From Daphnia carinata (Eukaryota): a DNA stretch of 64,000 nucleotides. Positions 1-12,738 of the stretch are shown piece after piece. A program made the translations under genes and the position numbers. The first letter of the stretch is position 1; each line of letters opens with the position of its first letter. The notes beneath the pieces were generated by a model. It saw nothing but the letters and a program-made list of their open reading frames with translations. It did not search any database and was not told where the DNA came from. The stretch is taken from assembly GCF_022539665.2 (NCBI RefSeq), contig NC_081331.1:10726001-10790000 (forward strand), written 5' to 3'.

Positions 1-1124
1 TCACGTATTTTTCAAGGTAGAGTGTTTGATTGGAAAGCAACGCTTTAACCATGCGCATCAGGTAAATCAGAGGGGCGAGATTGTTTTGTACTACATTAAC
101 ACGTACGCCTTCAGCGATAAAAGTACAAAGGCGGGGTAACATTTGATGTAATCCTGGATCTGAAGCCAAACTTTGGAAAGCTTCCTATTCATGGATAAAC
201 AATATGGTAAGTATGGCTCGACACCTACAAATGAAAGAGTAAGCATGATTCTTTAGGCTTACGGCTCGTCTTGCTTCATCAGATCCCACACAAGCTTCGG
301 TAATTTCTTTGTAGTATAATTGCTGTTCAACAGACAATTCATGGGCTGTAAGCTGTTTAACTTGGACAGTCTCTGTTTTGGGCTTCTTAATTGCTCTAAA
401 ATCACAAATCAAACATGAGGTAACAATTGACATGGAAAAAAATTCCCCTATGTACGTGAGAGTTGTAGATTTTTTCTGGGTTTTGTCTCCAATTTTCGCT
501 AGCTTAGACACAGGATCAGAGCTCTCCAGTCGCTGTTGATCTTTGGACAGTGATGGGGGATTTTCTGGAACTGCTGGCTGAATTCCATCAATACTGAGCC
601 AATGAGCTAAAATATGACTTTGAATTAAGTATCAGATAATTTTGAAGCATATACTAATGCATACCTCTCAGGGCAACATCTAAAGGTAATTTTGGTAAGG
701 GACCACCAATAATTTCTGCAATGTCAATTTCCTTATCCTCCAGGAAATGCAGTTCACGGCCTCCACCACTTGCAAAGCGAAATGGAATATGGTCTGCATT
801 TGCAAATCCATACAGGGGCTTAACAATGGTACAAGACTCATAAGAACATCAGATTCAAAAGAAATGTTTTACTATTCTAGGGCTTACCTCAATATTTTTT
901 ATTTTAAGTGCATGATCAATATCCATTGTGGAAAGCTTTTTCCTTTTCCCATGGTGCATAAACTTTGTGGCATCTTGTATGACTGTTTTCAGTCGAAAAT
1001 TTATTTCATCAGCTAACTCTTTAGCCGCCGAGTCTGAAAGACCGGCGACCCCCACACTCTCTGCCATCATCTTCATGGATTCAATCGGCAGATTAAGACT
1101 GCCAGCAGATTCGTATTCACTCAT
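1..1124 (-). CDS. TAF6: Transcription initiation factor TFIID subunit 6, 5' part; multi-exon, continues beyond window start
   Basis: ATG at 1124. Histone-fold N-terminus [56 protein letters not shown]. Later exons give [26 protein letters not shown] and [29 protein letters not shown], all characteristic TAF6 motifs. Short GT-AG introns. Confidence 0.96.
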
Positions 1125-2097
1125 TTTAAATTAATATGAATCTATCACTGCATAAATGGTACAAATATTTCACGTTATAGTTTTATCCACTTCTCGAATT
1201 CCAGCTTGTAAACACAATTTTTGACAGTAGGCCAATGCAACAATTTTTACGGATGCTCTAATTTTATTACTGCTAAAAAGATAATTTGACATACCGTTCG
1301 GGCTCGGTTTTTTGTTGATCGGTTTCAGACCAGAGATGTTTCAGACATCCAAAATAAAATACTGGTCTACTAAGAAATACTGGTGTACAACGAAGGAATA
1401 AAACGAAACTTTTCCGGAAACCAGCTTACTTTAACAAGATGATTCTTGACTGGTTTATTTCCCCGTCGCCCGTCGGTACATCTATATATCTATGCATCTA
1501 TCGAGTCAAGGTGACTTAAACTCTTTAGTCCAGCATAGTGAGGTAAAACAGCAATAAACCATATGGTCAACATTTGTTTATGCATGCTAGCGTAATCTTT
1601 ACTCTTCTTTTGCTTACCAGTTTGTATGACGCTATTTGCCTTTGCCAATTTCGAGGGACTTTCAGTATTCTATTTCCTTATCACGTCTAAGTCTGCAGAT
1701 TGTTTTTTTGTCTTTGCAGCTAGCATTATCCTCAATTCGACGAAATCCGTCGTTAAGTTCGCCATAGAAGCTTAATACCAAATGCGTTGCAATTTTATAT
1801 GCAACCCGCTTTCTAGAAAAGATGACAGCTTCCCAGCAAGTTATTTTCTATAGTCTCCATGAATATTTCACGTATCAACAACGAATATATAACCAAGACG
1901 AAAAATATGCGTGTTTGGATGCAAGACAATGCGATCAGGATAAAACAGTTTATTACTGTTTGCACCCGTAAAACCCTCTCTTCAATTTCCTTAACAGAAA
2001 CATGGTAATTTACTGCCTCATCGAGAACACAATGCTTAGCAGAATGGAGGGTTATTATTACTTCACAGACACAAATTGACACTTGGCCATCGATTTC

Positions 2098-2940
2098 TTA
2101 TTTGTCTTTCTTCTGTGTCATGATAGCTTCGTATTTGGTTTTGGATGAGTACCACAAGGCGTAGGGAAGCACCAAAGAAGGCATCGACATGACAGCGAAG
2201 GACAGCCAATCCAACTAATGAATAAAACGATCAGTTAATACCTTGCTTCTAAAAAATAAACATAACTCAAAACCTACCAGATGAGGAGAGAACTTTCGGT
2301 CGTATTCTTTGAATGGCACAATAGCACCCTGTCCAGGCTCACTAGAAAGACCAACAAGTGCCTAGAGAAAAAGAAATTTTTAAAACTATTTTTCCTCTTT
2401 GGAGAAAAAAAACAAGGCAAAAACATTATTCCTTCTACCTCGGCAGCATCTTCGCTAGGTAAGTAGGAAACCTCAGCCGCTGTGAAGTTGAAATATCCGT
2501 ATTTGGAAGGACGGATAACAACTACGTGTGTCGCATTAGAACCAGGAGGAATACGGTCTACATAGAGAAAATATTTTTACATGAATCTACCATAAAAAAT
2601 TATCTTTAACAGAAACCTACCAATTGTGACCTTCAACTGCCCACCAACAACTTCAAAGTCTTGTGGACCAAAAGTGTTATCAGCAACTTGAACATCTAGA
2701 GCTGCAGTACCACCAACATTGAATAAAGAATATCTAAACAAAAAAGTAACTGCAATATTAGCAAAAATTTAGAAAACTATGATTAGCACCAACTTACTTA
2801 ATAACAATGTCCATTCCTTCCACTAGATATTTGTTTAGAATTTGTTTTGAGAACAGTAGCTTGGCAGGTGTAGCTTCTTCATTTCCTGTTGTAGCAACAG
2901 CAAACACAACAACTAGGCAGATTTTTAACCAGTTATCCAT
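2098..2940 (-). CDS. SSR2: Translocon-associated protein subunit beta (signal sequence receptor beta), 5 exons; absent from the ORF track
   Basis: Manual splice/translation: signal peptide [19 protein letters not shown], then [44 protein letters not shown]...[31 protein letters not shown]...[50 protein letters not shown]. Stop TAA at 2100-2098. Confidence 0.95.
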
Positions 2941-3898
2941 GGTGAAAGGGCCTATAAATAGTGAACCAGAGATATTAGCTTAATGAATTTAAAACTTTAA
3001 CAACAAATTTGATGCTTCGTCATACATTGCTCAAATTATTTGTATAAAATTACTGCCAACATTAACATTACAATCTATCATTTCAACCAATTCAAATATT
3101 GGACGCCGTATGCCGGGTATCTTGTCGAAGCTTTATTACTCGTCCCGTCGAGAATAATAAAACATTTTAAAATTCATGTTTCAATAAATGCCATTATAAA
3201 GTAACGAATAAAATTGATATACCAAGAATGATGATCTGGAAATGCAAAATAGAGAGGAATGGAAATAGAGACTCACCGGATTGAAAGTTTTTGGACAAGG
3301 ACGTGAAGTTTCAACGCGCCACCATACGGCTATCAGTCTTACTAATGTTGACAACTCACTAACCGTTGCAATATTTCTTTTCACCTTACGCGCCATCGCA
3401 CGCATGAAAATTTATATTACTACTTACCGATACCGTAAATAACAAAGACTAATGGCAAAATCAAAATTTTTGTTTCATAGTGAATTTGAAATCTGAATTT
3501 TTGAATAGAGCCAAAACGAAGGAAAATTCAAAAAGTAAACTAATTTATTGGCGATTAAAATATAGTTGACTGTTTAAAAAACGAATATCGCCCATTATTA
3601 ACTGTATTAAATTATTCAAAATGATTTTGAATTCGTGGATTAACTTGTTAATCTAGCACTAGTAGAACAAACTTTTGAACTTTTAATAATCTCATCACAA
3701 TCGATCAAAACTCACAATGCTGTTCCAGTAATAAGACCAATCGTAGTCTGCTAGTGTACGTCCATTTAACAATATAATAGGGTCATTGGTGAACAAAACA
3801 TTTGCAAATAGATGAATTATAATTCTTGTATCTCTACACTGATGAAGGCATTCGTTTTTAAAAACCAATAATTTGCTCAAAATCTAAGGGTAAACGAT

Positions 3899-6800
3899 AT
3901 GTTTCGAAGCCGTTCTGGTTCCTGGTTCGGCGGGAGTGGATCGAAGCCCAAAAATCCACATTCACTGGAACACCTGAAGTAAATAGAAATAAAAAGCAGA
4001 GGTGGGAATTTTTTTTAACACCAACAATGTTTTTCCGCATTCAGATACCTCTACAATGTTATGATAAAAAATCAAACAGTTAGTGAAAGCAACAGGAGCT
4101 TGCTAGTTGAAACTTTGAGATCCATAACAGAGATTCTTATCTGGGGAGACCAAAATGATAGCTCAGTTTTTGAGTATGCTTATTTAGTGTACCATTTCTA
4201 TATTCCTTTGTAACCATTTTTCATTTCTAGTTTTTTCCTGGAAAAGAATATGCTTTCATTTTTTTTGAGGATTATGAAACAAAAATGTGGATCATTTGTT
4301 TGTGTCCAGCTGTTGCAGACTTTGAATATTTTATTTGAAAACATCCGCAATGAAACTTCATTGTGTAAGTATTTTAAATGTATTTAGTAATCAAATTTGT
4401 AATAAAAATTATTTAATTTTGCTTATGTAGATTATTTATTATCAAATAACCATGTCAACTGCATAATTGTGCACAAGTTTGATTTCTCTGACGAGGAAGT
4501 TATGGCCTATTATATTTCATTTCTAAAAACTTTGTCACTGAAATTAAATATTCACACCATACACTTTTTTTTTAATGAGGTAATTTGCCAATTTAAAGTT
4601 TTTGGATTGATTCCTGCAAAGCCAATGACTAACATATATATATATATATATGATCCACCAGAACACCAATGATTTTCCACTTTACACTGAAGCAATAAAG
4701 TTTTTCAATCATTCTGAAAGTATGGTACGAATTGCTGTTCGGACACTTACCCTGAATGTTTATAAGGTACTCACTAGTACTTCCTAATCTGGGTCAAATT
4801 TAATGGCCATCAATATTCTTAATGCCTTATAAAAAATTTAAATTAGGTTGGAGATGAAGCAATGCTCAATTTCATCCGTGACCGAACAGCTGCCCCTTAT
4901 TTTTCAAATTTGGTCTGGTTTATTGGAAACCATATTGTGGAATTGGACAATTGCGTTCGTGCTGATGCTGAGTAAGTTAGCCCACAGACTACATTTCTTC
5001 GTGCTTCGTTTCATTAATAATCTTCTAATTTAGTCACCAAAGCCGAGGTCGACTTTCAGATTTAGTTGCTGAACACCTAGACCACATACATTACGTAAAC
5101 GATATTCTTTGTCTCTCGATTGACAATTTGAATGAAGTTCTGGTTGAACAGCTCTTCCAACGCCTTTTACTCCCCCTGTACATCAATTCGCTCAATAAAG
5201 GTAAAACCTCTAAAATAACCTGTTTCGCAATTTAAAAGAAAAATTCTACTTTTCTTAGGACAAGTTCAAACAAAAAGCGGAGACCGCCCTATGGTTAGTC
5301 GAGTCGTTTCCCTCTTTCTTCTGAGCCAGATTTTCCTCATCATTCATCACAAGCCTTTAGTAGTCACTATTCTTAAGTTACTCATCAATTTCGAAGGAAA
5401 CCAGATTATGCCAAGTGGTTCTAATCATGAAAGCTCTGTAGCCATCGAAGATAATATCACTGATGAAGAAAAAGAGCAGCGAATGTCATCTTCTACGGCT
5501 GTTAGTTCCAACAGCATAAGTAACTTGACTTCTCATTTGGAAACAATTCTCGACTGCCTCGACCCGGCCGAAAATGATTATGAGGCTCTTTTTGGACTTA
5601 GTCTTCTTTACGCCATAGGACAAAACAGAGGTAAACGAACGTCAAATAGCTGTGGTACACGCATTCACTCAAAATGGTGAAATATTCAGGTGTCAACGAA
5701 GATCAACCTTTTTGGAATACGACCGAATGGAAGCCGATTCTGATTGCAAAACTTGTTCTGTTACTGACATCTGCTTGTCAGATGACGAGCAAGATTCGCC
5801 CAGTTACTGTTGATCTTGCTATCAACTTGCTTATTGCAGTGGCTATAACGAATCAACCGAATCACCATGGACTGGATGACAAGAACCTTGCTGTCCTGGA
5901 ACAGGCTAAAGAAGAAAGCATCATGGTGGCTCGTACCTTTTTCAAGGTACGTGCAATAAAAATTTAAAAAAAATACCAAGTAATAACCGTGCTATATAAT
6001 ATTTCAGTCGGAAGATATGTTTCTCGAATTGTTTGAAGCAGAGGTCAATGAGATTATCAAGCGCCCGTTACAGGTTCGTTTATTAAACCACATAGTGGTT
6101 CACTCAATCTAATGTATATATATTTTTGTATATCTCTTAGGTTGAGTATCTTCTGCAAGATTCGTCTATCCTACTTCCTCCTACTGGGACGCCGATGACC
6201 GGTATCGAATTTACAAAGCGTCTCCCTTGCGGAGAAGTATGAAAGTGTATTTTTATTTCTATTTGTAAAGTGATGTCTTAACAAGTATTTTTTAGGTGGA
6301 AAGGGCTCGTCGAGCCATAAGAGTGTTTGTGCTGATGCGACGCTTAAGTATAGCGATCAGCGGGGAAGTCGAAACACAACTTCCTCTAGTCTGTGTGCAG
6401 CAGTGCATAAAAATATCTGATATTCTTGATTTAAGTGAGATGACATTTAATGGTTTTACCATTTTAAAAAACCCCTACTAGCTGCTTCTATTTTTTTTTT
6501 TTATCTAGACAACTCGGATTTGATTGCGTGCACCGTGGTAAACCGAGAGGGTACGAGGCTGCGGCGATTCTTGGTTATTGACCCCATCCAGTTGATTTTA
6601 GTTGAACCTGATTCGAGACGACTTGGTTGGGGAGTAGCCAAGTTTGTTGGTTTCTTACAGGTATAATATTCTCTTGCCGATTATTGTGTGTGTGTGTCTG
6701 TGTTCTTCTTTGCTTTACTTTAATTTTACGCTGCGTATTTGAAAACGATTCTTGGATTGGGTAGGATGTTGAAGTGACCGGGGATAAAGATGATTCACGT

Positions 6801-7568
6801 TGCCTGCATGTGACCGTCCATAATTCACCGACGTCAACGACGTTTCTTTCGGATCGGAGTCCTGCACACAGGTTGCCACAGTTAGCAGCTCGGTTTGTCT
6901 TCGACGACCATATCAGATGTATGGCTGCTAAACAAAGGTATCTCTTTGTTCTATAAACATTTATTAGGTAGTGTGAGAAGAATTTTTTCTGCATTTTTCA
7001 GATTAAGTAAAGGTAGAATCAAAGCTCGACAGAGAAAAATGCATTTGATCGGCAAAATACTGGATGTGAATACCTCCACTCCGTCCTCACCACCGCCTGG
7101 AACGTTGCATGCTTTGCGACAGGATTCCATTGCCCGTACAAGTGTTAAATTATTATTTTATTTTTTACAAATTGTATATTAGTACTGTTGACCATCTGTT
7201 TTGAAGGACATGCTATTTTGGGTCGTGGGTTGCCTGGAAATCTAGGAATCTCACCTACCGGAACTGCCTTCCCTTCACCCTTTGGCATAAGACCAGTCGG
7301 ATTCCGCCGTGCTCCTGGTCTAGCCGTAACAGGTAGATCAGATACACCCGTCCGACCACGCTCTTCCTCTGCTCACCCTACTGTCCAAAGAGGAAATGGA
7401 AATAAGGAAGCCATACCACTCACGGAGCTATCTACTTCAGCGGACCATTCTCAAAACAGTGATCAACAAGTATAATTTATTTCGTTCTTCACACTGCAAT
7501 AACTCCAGTAAATAACGCGGTCTTTTCGGGTATAGGATTCTTCTGCGGGCCAAGCTGCAAATCTGTAG
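3899..7568 (+). CDS. CLEC16A: CLEC16A / Ema / GOP-1 family endolysosomal-autophagy regulator, many short exons
   Basis: [147 protein letters not shown] (FPL domain). C-terminal [17 protein letters not shown]. Last exon 7536-7568 is inferred; the stop would be at 7475 if the last intron is retained. Confidence 0.95.
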
Positions 7569-7732
7569 ATTACTAATTAAAAAACCGGATGAAATTACTA
7601 TCAACGCCATCAAGCCGGTTGGTGATAAATTACAGCATAGGACGTATTTTGTATTATAGTTGATTGTCTCTACAAAAATATTACACATAATTCGAAATTT
7701 CTAACTGCGTGCGAAAACATTCATAAATTTAT

Positions 7733-8716
7733 TTACTCTTGATTAAACAAAGACCTGAAGCACTCAGGGATATAAGGAATCATGTCAGAGGCGAGTGTTC
7801 CACGACCTATGTGAAAATATTGATCGAAGAAAATGTTTAGAACTAAAAATTATAAAAAAAGAAACAATAAAATAAGATTACCATGGATTTCGAAAGCTTT
7901 TCTGTTGATCATTCGGCTAAGATGGGCTGCCGCAGCTCCTGCCGATAAGGTAACTTCATGACTGTATTGGTCGTGCGTCTTCCAGTAGAGGAAAGTGGCT
8001 AACATTCCAGACATTAAATCACCCTGTCCACCACATCTCCTTGGTGAACCCATCTTTTCACAGATGTTGATGTTAATCCCATTAGTTATTATGTCTTTTT
8101 CTGCTTTTTGGAGAATTGTTACATGTCCCAATTTTTTAGCCAAGGCACCTACATCTTCGGGTTGTACAGGTTGACTAGGATCAATGGTTATACCCATGAT
8201 GGCTTTATAAAGTCTGGTGAACTCTATAGTATTTGGTGTCAGAATCACATTGGTGCAATTTTGAATAATATGGTGGTTGCTATTGATGTAGAATAATCCA
8301 TCTGCATCTATCACAAGAGGAATTTTAAGTTCCTTTGCATGGTTAATTATGGGACCCAATACTTTGAAAACTGATTCATCTCTACCAAGACCAGGTCCTA
8401 GTATTAGAGAATGAATTCGAGGTAGCCATGCTGAAATAGCCTCAAATGCATTTGGGGCATCAAGCAAGGGATGGACGATAAGCTCAGGACTATAACTTTT
8501 AATAACTGGAGCAGCCTCTTTCATGCAGAAAACATGTACTAGGTCACATCCAACACGTAGAGCAGCAATTGCAGCAAAATAAGGAGCTCCTGTGTACTCC
8601 AAGCTACCTCCAATAACACCGATTCGTCCACTTTCACCCTTGTGTAATGAGTTGCTAAGAATTGGAATACTTTTCTTCATTTCTAGAAGTAGGATTTCTT
8701 TACTAAGATTTTGCAT
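7733..8716 (-). CDS. NAXD: ATP-dependent (S)-NAD(P)H-hydrate dehydratase (carbohydrate kinase domain protein)
   Basis: HKGESGRIGVIGGSLEYTGAPYFAA, IKSYSPELIVHP, GPGLGRD, LVIDADGL, ILTPN, GSPRRCGGQGDLMSG. Small last exon ~7806-7733 encodes GRGTLASDMIPYI. First in-frame ATG is at 8716; the frame is open further upstream. Confidence 0.95.
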
Positions 8717-9522
8717 GCTTGCTATAGTATTTTGTGCTGGGGAACTGCAGTAACTTGAGGTTGGTTTCACAAACAAATATGAGGATTTATTTTCTCTACA
8801 GTTTAAATGGGATAAGGCTCCAGTACCCTGGAATGAAAGCACTAACAAAACAATGGTTAAGTTAAAAAGTTGCTTGCTAGTTGCAAATAAAACTGTGTGC
8901 TCACTAACGTTTTCTAATCGAATGCATCGATCATTGAGTACTGCAAGGAATTATGAAATTAAGAATGTCAATAACAAAAATAATGTATGCAACGGGCATA
9001 CTTCGTTTCCACAGCGATTCACAAACTATGGAGATGCAACAGTAAGAGCGTCTAAACCGCGATAAAGAAACGCAGAAATCTTTTTTCTACTAAAACGCGA
9101 AATTTCATGCGGACGTCAATCCTTAATCTGTTATTTACCTCCTCGTAGTTTACCAAGGGCTCTATAGAAATTGAATCTTTGTAACGTTATTTTTTTACGG
9201 TTGCTTTAATATTATTTATTATTCAATATTTAATCACTTACGTTTCTAAAAAAAAAGAAAGAAAAGCATTTTCCAAACGGATTTCCCGTCTGCCGTTGCC
9301 GTCGTAAGGCGTCTATCAATAACTTAGGCCATCACACCCTGGGAAACAATATTGTTCTCTTCCCGTTTTAAAAACATGTTACCAAGAGAGTCCAGCCGCA
9401 CACGGCAACTTAATCGTTTAATTATTGATTTTTCAGATAACAGACTCAAATATCGTAGGGTTTTTTTTTGGTTCTTTATTTTTTTAAATCGCTAGGTCGC
9501 CAAGAATCATCGATGTTCTCGA

Positions 9523-9536
9523 GTTGCCATGGTAAC
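9523..9536. promoter_or_regulatory. RFX X-box-like palindrome GTTGCCATGGTAAC
   Basis: Matches the X-box consensus GTNRCC-(N0-3)-RGYAAC in an intergenic patch upstream of NAXD. Function not shown. Confidence 0.45.
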
Positions 9537-10375
9537 TTGGTCGGGCTTCGCGCGCCCCCAAATTGCCCCCGCCCTTTTTATGCCTATTGCTGATCGCTCA
9601 TCATTAGTCTTTTGTTTTGATGGCAACGGCATGTTGTGTAACGTGTCCAACGAGATTGACACATTTTCGCCGTTCACATGTCTCGTCGCCATTTTTCGCA
9701 CCGTCCCGTTTTCCACACTCTAAGTTAAAAGCAGTGTTTTTGTTTGGCCAACCCTATTCATTTTTAATTCGTCTTATCGCATTCGTATTCGTGCTTAGTT
9801 TGCAGAAATCGAGTTTCATCTATTTTTATAAGTTCTTTAATAGTACCAGCATGTTGAAGTCACTGTTGGACCTATTCAACAATAACCTTCAAGTTCACTC
9901 ACGTGTGTGACCCTTCTATCTACAATGAAAGTCGCGCTACCCTTGGAGTTCCTCTTATTACGTTATCATCTCCCGCTCATCAATCTCATCCATGCGGATC
10001 CGACCTGAATCCAAAATTTTAGGTCAAGTCTAAAGTGACTTTCTATAAATGTACGTAGCAATTTGCACTGTTTTTACCCCACTCTCTCTTTTTTGACACT
10101 TGAATTTGTGAATTTGAATAGCATGTTTCATTTTTTTTAAGTAGCAAACAAAACTTAACAATTATGAACAATCGAGAAAAGCAATCAATTTTTGGGCAAT
10201 ATGGTGACGCTCACTATTTGTATTGTTATAAACTACAGACATCATTTATAAATAATATTCATAAGAACAATGCCGCCTGTTGATTTAAAGTAAAAAATAG
10301 TAAGCTTGCAAAATAATTAAGGCGTGTATTTGTTTTACTTTTACCTCGCTGTTGTGCCAAATAATCAATGTATCT

Positions 10376-11706
10376 TTAATCTTTTATATTAAAAAACCAT
10401 CTAGGATAAACCTTGCGTGTGGATGGCTGAGAAACATCAGCAGCTTTGTAAGCTGGTACTTGGACCGTCGATGGAGATGCGATAACAGGCTTAGACCATG
10501 GGTCTGATTGAACGGTAGTTGATTTATGCGTCACTCTTTCAATGTCAGCAGACTGCCTGCTTTCCTTCCTACCAAATTCATCAGAGGATTTTGTAGCTGT
10601 ATTAAAAAACCATTTGGATTGCGAGTTGCTATGATCCGATTGCGAAACAGTAGGATTGTACGATCCTCTTACAGCGGGCCTGGTGTTGGTAACTTGCCAG
10701 GCCGGCACTTGAACATCAGCAGGTTTGTTGATAGTGCTTTCAGCAACAAAGGGTTTGGAGTTCTCATTCTTGCTAGACGAGTCATCAGAAGGTTTAGATT
10801 TGGGGGTACTAAAAAACCACTTGGGATGTTTAGTTTTATGCTCTTCGGCTTGGTGAAATTTAATTGAAGGAGAAACTGGGCGTTCTTCATTTAAGGGCTT
10901 AGCTGGGACAACTGGTGTGTGCCAAAAGGGGAATTCAACGGCCGAAGATTTTGGGCTGTCGGGTCTTGGGTTGTGTGTTCCTGCTGTTCCATAGGTAGAT
11001 TTTGCAGGGCTAAAAAAACTTTCAGACTTGGACATGCGCGATCCGGATCGAGGGACGTCGAAAGCCCGATGTGGCTGAATGGCAACAGGTGAGTCAACTG
11101 GTCTGGCCCGGGTTGGGATTTCAACGGCACCAGCCTTGCCTTCGTGGTTTTCTTCCTCGGACTCAACCTTTTTAATTTTGTTCTTAAAACTTTTCTTTCC
11201 TTCAGATTCTTCGGAATCTTCTTCTTCTGAATCTCCTTCATCAGAATCTTCTTCTTCATTTTCATTTTCTTCGTTTTCATTTTCTTCATTTTCATTTTCC
11301 TCGTTTTCTTCTTTCCCATAATCTCCTTCGTCCTTTTGTTTCATTTTCTCAGATTTTTCTTTTTCAGGTTCATTCTTTTCTCCAGTGGTTGCTTTTAATG
11401 GCTGTCATGAAAACATGACATTCGTATTTTCAGTACAGTAACTTGTGTAATGTTTAAGATCAACTTACAGTATCGGTAGCCTCGGAATCTTCGTCAGTTT
11501 CGGTGATATCAGTGGATGCTAGAGTGGAATCTTCAACGTCAGCTTTAATGACCTCAGTAGAAATTTTAGCTTCATTTTTAGCTGGAGCCGCGGTCGATAA
11601 CACAACGGCGGTTAGAAGAACGACAGCTAGCCAAATCTGCAAAAATTTATTAGAACAAGTATTTATCGCAATGTACAACTTAACTATACTCGACTGGTAC
11701 CTTCAT
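10376..11706 (-). CDS. Secreted low-complexity protein (~400 aa) with an acidic Glu-rich tract and repeated [K/R]WFF motifs; unknown family
   Basis: Exons ~11706-11701, 11636-11469 and 11401-10376 join in frame through GT-AG introns. Signal peptide MK/IWLAVVLLTAVVLSTA. TATAAATA on the minus strand at ~11757-11764. Confidence 0.85.
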
Positions 11707-12738
11707 TCTACGAAAGGAGACTGGGATTGAAGAACAAAGAATTCATCGTTCGACCCTATTTATACGAAGGCTTCAAAAGTTCCACTGCATACATGGCATC
11801 CTTTTGAAACAACAAAAGCTGCGTGGGTTTAATAACATGGAAATGTCGAGAACCTGTATATGAGATAAGAGAAAGGGAACGGATTTTCGGCAGATGCTTG
11901 CGTGCCTGTCAGAGTGAAGTTAAGAAGTCACGAGGCTCAGATTAAGGACAAATTACACCTGATCTTAGCCACACCTTAGGCCTTTCTTGATTATTTTTGA
12001 TCGTCTGACCTTGCATTTGGTCCTTTTTTTTAATCTTCTTTAAAAAGATAAAATGTGAGGTTAATGACATTTTGTTATATTGTAGGAATCTAACGTCGTG
12101 CTGGATGGAGGCCTCATGGTAGGGCTAACTGGTTTCCTGTTAGTGTGTATGGCTCCATTCTATTGATATAGATGTCATCAAGGATAATGGAAGATGTATG
12201 ATGGCGAAGAAAATATATGGCGATCTGGAATAATTTACTAGCGACATGCTGAAATCGTCCACAGCTTCTTGAGAAGAACGTAAGTGCGACTCACATGTTT
12301 TTATTAATCAAGTTGCGTCTCGTGCAGCACGAAAGAATCTTATACTACAACATATGGAATGTAGCGTGACTTTGCGTGGATGTACGCCTTGGCTGATAGA
12401 CTACATATGCGTGACTAGACGCTGGATGAAAGTGTTTCCATTTTCACACTGATATGCGTTATGCGAGCAAGCAGCGGCTTTGACCTGCATACTAAAGATT
12501 CATTGTACAAGGCAAATTTTTAAAACATAAAAGCCAACGTGATGTCTTTATTCATTATTTATTTTCATATTCAATTTTATTCTCTCAGTCTATCATCCCA
12601 AATAAGATTTATTCTTCCTGTTTTAATTAAAGGAACGAATAGCAAGTACAATACGTAAGTAGTATTTTAAAGTGCTGTAATAGGCAAATGCCGTAATGCA
12701 ATTGCCGTTATTGCTGACAGGAAGTCCCTGTATAATGT

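Noticed and set aside
1400..2090. Several splice-like signals on the + strand between TAF6 and SSR2
   Set aside because: The splice combinations tried hit early stops and resemble no known protein. It could be a lncRNA, but the sequence alone does not support that.
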